Origin: Candidatus Methanospirareceae archaeon
Lineage (GTDB): Archaea > Halobacteriota > Syntropharchaeia > Alkanophagales > Methanospirareceae
Assembly (NCBI GenBank): GCA_049975405.1
Contig: JBNGDK010000004.1
Coordinates: 270 to 64,269 of the forward strand
Direction of reading: 5' to 3'
DNA length: 64,000 bases
Part shown: piece by piece, positions 58,186 to 64,000 of the stretch
Layout of the letters: each line of letters starts with the position of its first letter
Numbering within the stretch: position 1 is the stretch's first letter
The notes under the pieces: model-generated
The model's input: the letters and a program-made list of their open reading frames with translations, nothing else
Told to the model about the DNA's origin: nothing
Databases searched by the model: none
Program-made: the position numbers and the translations under genes

Positions 58186-59090
58186 CCGACCTCGATCGTC
58201 AGGAGGTCGCATGCCACGTCGCTGTTCTCAAAAACCTCTTGCGCTTCCGCTTTTAGCTTGCGTGCACCCTCGAGATCTGAATACCGGGCGCTCAGATGTG
58301 TGAGCATGAGCTGTCGCACCCCGGCCTTATTGGCAACCTCTGCTGCTTCCAATGCGGTTGAATGCATATACTCGATCGCAAACTCCTTCGTCTCCTCCGA
58401 AAGTGTCCCGTCATGAATCAGCAGGTCCGCGTCCTTACTCGCCTCGATCACGCTCGCGCACGGCCGGGTATCACCGGTATATACGATCTTGCGACCCGGT
58501 CGCGGCGGGCCCAGGACCTGCTCGGGTTTGATTTCGCGCCCGTCAATCTCGACTGAATATCCTGACTGCAGTCGCGCAAAAAGCGGGCCAGGTTTAATAC
58601 CCAGCTCGATCGCTCGGCTACGGTTGAATCGCCCGGGACGCTTGTCCTCTTCGAGCACATAGCCGATGCTCGTGACGTTGTGCTCGGTCTTCATCGTCCG
58701 TATCTCATATCCCGCTCTTCGGACCACGTCGCCAGCGCCCAGTTCTATCGCTTTTATCTCGAAGCCCCGGCCAGCATAACCTAACGCGAGGAGATGGTAG
58801 AGGAATTTATCCACGTACCGCGGGCCGTAAATCTCAAGCGGCTCTTCTCGTCCCTGCAGAGCCATCGTCTGTATCAACCCGGGAATACCGAGCACATGGT
58901 CAGCATGGAAATGTGTGAGGAAGATAGCGGCAAGCTTCATACCGGTCTTCGCACGCATCATCTGCTGCTGCGCGCCCTCGCCACAATCAAAGAGCAGCAA
59001 CTCACCCTCTCGATTCACGGCGATTGCCGACGGCGTTCTGTTCGGCGTGGGCATTGAGCCTCCGGTTCCCAAGAATGTGATGCGCAACAT
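58173..59090 (-). CDS. rnz: Ribonuclease Z (tRNA 3' endonuclease)
   Basis: 305 aa with LGTGGSMP, FDCGEGAQQQ and HFHADH, the short-form RNase Z signature. Confidence 0.9.
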   Translation of the reverse strand: MLRITFLGTGGSMPTPNRTPSAIAVNREGELLLFDCGEGAQQQMMRAKTGMKLAAIFLTHFHADHVLGIPGLIQTMALQGREEPLEIYGPRYVDKFLYHLLALGYAGRGFEIKAIELGAGDVVRRAGYEIRTMKTEHNVTSIGYVLEEDKRPGRFNRSRAIELGIKPGPLFARLQSGYSVEIDGREIKPEQVLGPPRPGRKIVYTGDTRPCASVIEASKDADLLIHDGTLSEETKEFAIEYMHSTALEAAEVANKAGVRQLMLTHLSARYSDLEGARKLKAEAQEVFENSDVACDLLTIEVGYRE

Positions 59091-59192
59091 AGGTAGAGCC
59101 TGAGCGTAAAAGATACCAAGAATTTAAAAACGACGAGAGATAAAAAAACCCGATTCATCGCAGATTTTGCGAGTCAAAACGAAAAAAAGCAG

Positions 59193-60050
59193 TCAAACCA
59201 AAACTACCCCTAATTCCGCACCCGTCATGGTCAGTTCTCGCTTCAAAGCACGTAGAAAAACCCCGTATAGCTCGATACCCACCTGGACTCGTTCGAGTAA
59301 ACTAGCCGTCGGGCCTTCTAACTCTCGCTCCATCTCCGTCTGGCTGGCAGCACCTAACTGCTGCAGCTGAGCCCAATTCGCTATGAGATACCTGACCAGA
59401 GCGGCGGATGCAAAATGAACAGGCACGACGGGATGACGTCCCGAGAGTTCAATGATCAACTGCCGCTCTTGTTCCACCTCGTCTTCTGAGATGCCGGAGC
59501 GTTTGATCGCTTTTACACGTGCTTCTTCGTGAACGACGCCCCGCATGTCCGGCGTGAGGTTCTGGAGATTATATTCCGCCATTTCGGTATAGATCTCGCG
59601 CTGAGCAAGCTCGTGCTCGAGCACGTAGCGCAGCATGTGCTCGGTCGCCGCTATTAAAAACGTCTCGTTCAGTGCGATAACTGAGACCCAAAAGCCGTGT
59701 ATGAAGAAACGGCGGAACATCGCCGTCCCCAGATCCACAGATGCGCTTGTAGGCGTTAATTGCGAAGGCGCGAAGACAAAGGCACCCATTTTTACGATGA
59801 ATATCTTCGTGAGTCGCTCGGAACCGGCAAGCTTTTTGAACACACGCTCTTCCGCTCCACGAAGCGGCGCGTACAGCGAGACCGGACGGTCACGGTACGT
59901 CTCGTAGCTGCGAATGAGATCCTGGATTCGATACGGATCGAGCCGTTTAAAGATCTCCGCGAGGGTTTTCGCATTCGTTCGCAGCCACGTAACGTAAGCG
60001 GCATCTTCGGTGCTCCGCTGCTCTTCCGTTTGCTTTTCCGCGGAAGTCAT
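59193..60050 (-). CDS. Hypothetical protein, possible all-helical metal-binding fold
   Basis: 285 aa with no clear family. A Glu/His-rich patch (ATEHMLRYVLEHELAQREIYTEMAEY) is reminiscent of di-iron/heme-oxygenase-like folds, but this is weak. Confidence 0.3.
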   Translation of the reverse strand: MTSAEKQTEEQRSTEDAAYVTWLRTNAKTLAEIFKRLDPYRIQDLIRSYETYRDRPVSLYAPLRGAEERVFKKLAGSERLTKIFIVKMGAFVFAPSQLTPTSASVDLGTAMFRRFFIHGFWVSVIALNETFLIAATEHMLRYVLEHELAQREIYTEMAEYNLQNLTPDMRGVVHEEARVKAIKRSGISEDEVEQERQLIIELSGRHPVVPVHFASAALVRYLIANWAQLQQLGAASQTEMERELEGPTASLLERVQVGIELYGVFLRALKRELTMTGAELGVVLV

Positions 60051-60096
60051 GAGTGTGCACTGTTAGGTAAGAAGCAGCGTGTAATAAACCGGTCTT

Positions 60097-61137
60097 TTAC
60101 AGACTATCTCGACCAACAATGAGCTCCAGGGTTTCGTAATTCTCGCGTGTGTGCGCCACCAGGTGAACGTTCCCGAGTTTGATCTTGCGCAGTCCAGCAG
60201 CCCTTGCCGCAAGGAAGGCATCGCTCATCTGCTCCAGAGAGGGTGGAGGCACGTTACGCAGCTGGTATGCGGGAAAGAATGCGAGTATGGTGTACGGAAT
60301 CTCGGTGTCAACCCTGGCTATCTCCTCTGCTATGTGACCAATTTGATCTGCCTCAACCCAACCGGGGATGCAGAGTGTGAGCACTTCGAAGACGAATCCT
60401 CGCTCTTTCAGTTCCGCTGGCAGCTGGAGGATACGCGCGTTCGAGACGCCGGTCAATCGCCGGTGTACCTCGTCATCGTACGCCTTTATATCAAGCCAGA
60501 AGGCATCAGCGCCTGCATCCTGTAACATACCCAGATTCTCCGGAGTGAGGCCATACCCGTTCGTCTCTATGAGCACCCACACGCTTTCAGGAATACCTTT
60601 GATCAATTCCGTTGACCGCACGTAGAATTCAGGCTGACAGGTGAGATCGCCGCCGGTGAAGGCGACGATATTGCGCGCCGGCCCCCAGCCCTGCGGGCTC
60701 AGTTCGATCTTATCGGGACTGAGAACACCGGGGCAGTGTTCGCTCCGCTTGCCCTGCAAAATACACCGGCCACAGCCCTTACAGAGCTCATGCGCATGCC
60801 AGCTCGTTGCCTGCTCACGTGGAACAGGAGTAATCTCATATTCGGTCAAATACCGCCGGACTGCAGTGGCTACTTCACGAGGAGACACCCAGTCGCCGAC
60901 CGCATGCTGCGTGAACTGCCATGAGTGGCATTTCTTGCAGGAGAGATTGCAGCCCGACTGGTATATCGAGAGGTAATGCTCGGGCCGCGAGAGCAAACTC
61001 CCGTGTATCAATCGATGGGGCGTGCCCTTTACTATTTTGAGCGTGGCATCGCACGCTTTTCGATACTGGCCCGATGCCCGATCGAGTACCTCGCAGCTTC
61101 CCTGCTCGAATCCTTGCTGGACGAGCCGGCATTCCAT
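60097..61137 (-). CDS. Radical SAM protein, PflA/COG1180-like activase family
   Basis: 346 aa with CNLSCKKC (CxxxCxxC) and a second Cys cluster, CKGCGRC...C. Confidence 0.7.
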   Translation of the reverse strand: MECRLVQQGFEQGSCEVLDRASGQYRKACDATLKIVKGTPHRLIHGSLLSRPEHYLSIYQSGCNLSCKKCHSWQFTQHAVGDWVSPREVATAVRRYLTEYEITPVPREQATSWHAHELCKGCGRCILQGKRSEHCPGVLSPDKIELSPQGWGPARNIVAFTGGDLTCQPEFYVRSTELIKGIPESVWVLIETNGYGLTPENLGMLQDAGADAFWLDIKAYDDEVHRRLTGVSNARILQLPAELKERGFVFEVLTLCIPGWVEADQIGHIAEEIARVDTEIPYTILAFFPAYQLRNVPPPSLEQMSDAFLAARAAGLRKIKLGNVHLVAHTRENYETLELIVGRDSL

Positions 61138-61229
61138 AAGCAGTACGTCATTTTAAACAGATACGATTCAGCGATAAAAGCGACAGAACGTTAAGCACGG
61201 ATGCGTTATTAAGTAACTGGTGGAGTTAA

Positions 61230-62147
61230 ATGAAACTGAACCTGGGTGCGCCGCCGCAGGATTGTGTCGGAGACTTCACGTATAACTTTATCTGGCAGCA
61301 TAAGGGCGAGCGGCTCAAGCCTGCTGATATCATACCCGCGCAGCACGGCACGAGCTATACGTACGAGGAAGTGGTGGCTGCGTTGAAGCATGGCGAGGAC
61401 GTGCATATCAAGGGTGATGCTGGTAAGCGCATCGGCTCGAGCCTGGGCGTGGATCTCGTCTTTTTTGGGGGTAACGGTAAGGAGCTGCCTGAGGTTGGCT
61501 CGATCATGATAGATGGTAACGCCGATTCACATCTCGGCTTGAGCATGCTTGCCGGTGCAATTTATGTCCGCGGCGAGGTTCGGGAACCGCTGGGTAACAT
61601 TATTGAGGTAGAATCCGACCGTGCGGGCTACAAGAAATTCGTCTCGATCACCTGGCTTCTCCACCACCCGGAAGAGCACGAGCACAACGCTCCGCTCGCA
61701 CCCAACGTCATCCGGGATGACGAATTGGTGATTGCTGATGGCTTGCTACGACATACTCTTGCTGCACGCTGCATGACCGATGCAAAAGTAACTGTGAAGG
61801 GCGATGTCGGGATCAGCGTTGGGATTCTGATGCGCCATGGCGAGGTCGTCGTGTCCGGGAATGCCGGCATGAATGCGGCTGCGCTGCTCAATGGCGGTAC
61901 CGTGGTAATTTTGGGTAACGCAGCGGAATTTCTGGGTGTGGAATTGCGCAAAGGCGTGGTCTTCGTGAAAGGCAATAGCAAAGGTTACATTGGCGCGCAG
62001 ATGACCGGTGGCCGAATCATCTGCAAACGAACGAAGCCGCTGCCGCCTTTAAGCGAGCAAAAGCTGAAGCAGGAGGATTTAGCATTACTCGCGAGATACG
62101 GTGTTGCTGGCATGCTCGCGCTCAGTTACGGGCGGTATGAGGTGTAA
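61230..62147 (+). CDS. GXGXG-repeat protein (formylmethanofuran dehydrogenase subunit C / GltB C-terminal domain-like beta-helix)
   Basis: 305 aa with repeated (V/I)xGxAGxxxG units, such as IKGDAGKRIGSSLG, VSGNAGMNAAALLNGG and VKGNSKGYIGAQMTGG. Confidence 0.65.
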   Translation: MKLNLGAPPQDCVGDFTYNFIWQHKGERLKPADIIPAQHGTSYTYEEVVAALKHGEDVHIKGDAGKRIGSSLGVDLVFFGGNGKELPEVGSIMIDGNADSHLGLSMLAGAIYVRGEVREPLGNIIEVESDRAGYKKFVSITWLLHHPEEHEHNAPLAPNVIRDDELVIADGLLRHTLAARCMTDAKVTVKGDVGISVGILMRHGEVVVSGNAGMNAAALLNGGTVVILGNAAEFLGVELRKGVVFVKGNSKGYIGAQMTGGRIICKRTKPLPPLSEQKLKQEDLALLARYGVAGMLALSYGRYEV

Positions 62148-62229
62148 CTGGTTTGTTTAAGGACGTCAGTAACGGTTTGTGAAAAACAAATAGGAAGGCG
62201 AATAAGGGTAAAACTAACGGAACGAGCTA

Positions 62230-62536
62230 AGCAGCACATCGTCAAGCACAGCATTAACGCTAATGAAATTGTTACCGGTGATTTTGATTTAGCCCTTTTT
62301 CTGGAAGCAGAAGATATTTGTGTGCTATCTACCAGCACGGACGTATTCTCAGAGAACTTGAGATATTCAAACGGTATCCAATGCCAAGTTTTGATGCAGT
62401 GATTTGCGCAATGATGCAGAGAGAAGGGATAGAATATCTTCTATCTTTTAATAGGAAACACTTTGACGCGGTTGATGGTATTAGACGGGTCGAGAAGGTG
62501 CCCGATTTAAAGAGATGGATACGTGGATCACGGTGA
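62230..62536 (+). pseudogene. Decayed VapC-like PIN-domain toxin gene (frameshifted, N-terminus degenerate)
   Basis: In frame 2 (62288-62536), CAIYQHGRILRELEIFKRYPMPSFDAVICAMMQREGIEYLLSFNRKHFDAVDGIRRVE aligns to the VapC C-terminal half (AARAYGEIRAALERAGRPIGSMDLLIAAHAL..G..LVTNN.REFERVPGLRVE). In frame 3, upstream, LSTSTDVFSENLRYSNG resembles the VapC ISSITLAELRYGA segment. No intact N-terminal Asp motif or start codon is present. Confidence 0.55.
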
Positions 62537-62618
62537 GCACCGCCTATATCAAGTTCTGGACCTACTGGCAGAGTTGCCACCCGATTTTTCCCGCTTTTCT
62601 CGAGTTAAGAACCGCTTA

Positions 62619-63686
62619 CTATTCATAGTCTGGCAGTGGCGAACACGCCCGACATTTAACGCAGCCCGCCTTGCACTTCCGCCAGCTCACGCCCCTCTCA
62701 CGCAGTATCTCCGCGACCGTTTCACACAACGGCCGTATTCGCTCGGGGTCCGGCGGCCGTGCATGCTCCAGCATTGAGCCGGGAATGGGCCGCAGCGGTA
62801 CGATGAACGGGTACACGCCCAGTTCCGCTAAGAGGCGACTACCTTCGATGATCGATTCGTCATGCTCACCAAGGCCGACAATCACGAAACTGCTCACCTG
62901 ACTCTCACCGAAGAGCGCGACGCTCCGCTTCCATGCCGCAATGTACTGCTCCAGCGGTATGTGCGCCTTACAGGGCGTTATCGCGCTCTGAACCCGCTTG
63001 TCGAAGCTCTCCACATGGATGCCCACGGTATCAACGGTGTCTGCGAGCCGATCGATGATACTGAGGTCTTTGGGCGGCTCGAATTGCACGTGAATGGGTA
63101 ACCCGGTCGCCGCTTTTATCATACGCGCCACGTTGACCAGGTGCTTTATCCCTTTATCGGGTGTTGCGGTGGTCCCGGTGGTGAGCGTAACGTGTGTGAC
63201 GGAATCCAGCCGCTTCGCCGCTCGTGCCACCTCCGCGAGCTGCTCGGGCGTCTTCTTCGCGATCGTCGCACCGCTCTGCAACGAGAGCTCAATCGCGCAA
63301 AATCGACACCGTAACGGCGTATTCCAGTAAACGCAGGTCTGGATGGTCGTTGTTGCCAGGCAATCCATGCCATGCAGGAGCGCGATCTTGGAATAGGGAA
63401 CACCCTCCGCAGTCTTCAAACTCTGGAACGTCGCGGTGGGGAATCGCACCTCGGTCACGAACTGTCCATCCTTCATGAGCTGGTAGCGATCATCGGTAAA
63501 CTCCAGCTGGTAGGGTGATTGCGCAACGAACCAGCTCTGCGTTGCTACGTTCGCGACGGTGTCGCCGATAATGAACATCCCACCAGCCGCCGGGCCCGCG
63601 CCTGCCTTCCTGCCCCGGTCTATGCCCGCCACCCTGGCGCCCAAACAGAGCAGATCGACCTTCAGAGCCCGAGTTTCCATTTCCAT
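62619..63686 (-). CDS. Radical SAM-like Fe-S protein with a non-canonical Cys spacing (biotin-synthase-related, COG2516-like)
   Basis: 355 aa. The cluster region is TCVYWNTPLRCRFCAI (Cx8CxxC), and C-terminal CKAGCVKCRAC cysteines follow. There is a 25-nt overlap with the upstream CBS gene. Confidence 0.45.
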   Translation of the reverse strand: MEMETRALKVDLLCLGARVAGIDRGRKAGAGPAAGGMFIIGDTVANVATQSWFVAQSPYQLEFTDDRYQLMKDGQFVTEVRFPTATFQSLKTAEGVPYSKIALLHGMDCLATTTIQTCVYWNTPLRCRFCAIELSLQSGATIAKKTPEQLAEVARAAKRLDSVTHVTLTTGTTATPDKGIKHLVNVARMIKAATGLPIHVQFEPPKDLSIIDRLADTVDTVGIHVESFDKRVQSAITPCKAHIPLEQYIAAWKRSVALFGESQVSSFVIVGLGEHDESIIEGSRLLAELGVYPFIVPLRPIPGSMLEHARPPDPERIRPLCETVAEILRERGVSWRKCKAGCVKCRACSPLPDYE

Positions 63687-64000
63687 TTCTTCTTCCGGAT
63701 CATCCGGCTGATCTCATCGCTCGTCACCATACCGATGATCCGCCTGTGGTTATCGATCACGGGCAATGCGGAGATGTTGCCGCGTTCCATCTTCCGGATT
63801 ACGAGCTCCAGGGGCTCATCAAGGTCTGCGGTTATCACTTTCTTCGTCATGATCTCGGACAATTCGACGTGCCGCTTCGCCACTGCCGCAGCGATATCCC
63901 ACGCAGTGACCATCCCCACGAGTTTCTTATCCTTCGAGAGTACGGGAATATGGGTGGTCTGAGTCTCCATGATCATTCGCGCGGCCTCTTCGATACTTGC
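63662..64000 (-). CDS. CBS-domain protein, 5' end beyond the window
   Basis: It has a CBS-pair pattern (GMVTAWDI...ALPVIDNHRRIIGMVTSDEI). The reading frame stays open to the window edge. Confidence 0.55.
   Translation of the reverse strand, partial: ASIEEAARMIMETQTTHIPVLSKDKKLVGMVTAWDIAAAVAKRHVELSEIMTKKVITADLDEPLELVIRKMERGNISALPVIDNHRRIIGMVTSDEISRMIRKKKWKWKLGL

Noticed and set aside
62318-62536. Track ORF 62318-62536 treated as an intact 72-aa protein
   Set aside because: It is only the C-terminal third of a PIN domain. The upstream part is in another frame and lacks a start.
1-64000. CRISPR arrays
   Set aside because: No run of regularly spaced direct repeats was seen. The only tandem repeats are coding (beta-helix repeats at 45250-45660, GGM tail).
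1-64000. tRNA genes in intergenic gaps
   Set aside because: No cloverleaf-compatible segment with a T-loop GTTC(G/A)A(A/T)TC was spotted by eye in the intergenic regions. This is not a definitive scan; tRNAscan-SE should be run.

Overview
This is a euryarchaeal chromosomal segment, roughly 55-60% GC, with two AT-rich islands. The archaeal family and GC level suggest a methanogen-like lineage, but that is inference only.

Content from left to right:
- Positions 1-6510, minus strand: the 3' part of the main ribosomal-protein operon, in the order L3-L4-L23-L2-S19-L22-S3-L29-aSUI1-RNase P Rpp29-S17-L14.
- A phosphomevalonate dehydratase large subunit of the aconitase-X family (AcnX/DUF521).
- A catalytic-domain-only tyrosine recombinase next to an AT-rich island with hairpin palindromes.
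- Two tandem membrane-anchored thioredoxin-fold paralogs.
- Dph2 followed by MTAP.
- An AT-rich insertion carrying a fused Type IIG/IIL restriction-modification enzyme plus a small membrane protein, abutting the primase large subunit PriL.
- PCNA, with a divergent stand-alone Cas4-like nuclease.
- A group II PLP decarboxylase (MfnA-like), a thermosome, and an orphan DnaK.
- An HPS-RraA fusion, a Sir2 deacetylase, an aminotransferase and a MATE transporter.
- A decayed cytosine-5 methyltransferase remnant.
- A tight three-gene operon: a RadB/KaiC-like protein without a Walker A motif, a coiled-coil protein, and an exonuclease-dead family-B DNA polymerase paralog.
- FEN-1.
- A 1097-aa beta-helix surface protein.
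- The L11-L1-L10 operon, with no L12.
- HisC, NadA, TrmI, TldD/PmbA and FtsZ.
- An RNase P RNA gene convergent with RNase Z.
- A cluster of two radical SAM-like proteins, a GXGXG (FwdC-like) protein, a decayed VapC PIN toxin and a CBS protein.

No CRISPR array or tRNA gene was recognised by eye. The ORF track calls GTG and TTG starts as M, so many listed starts are approximate.
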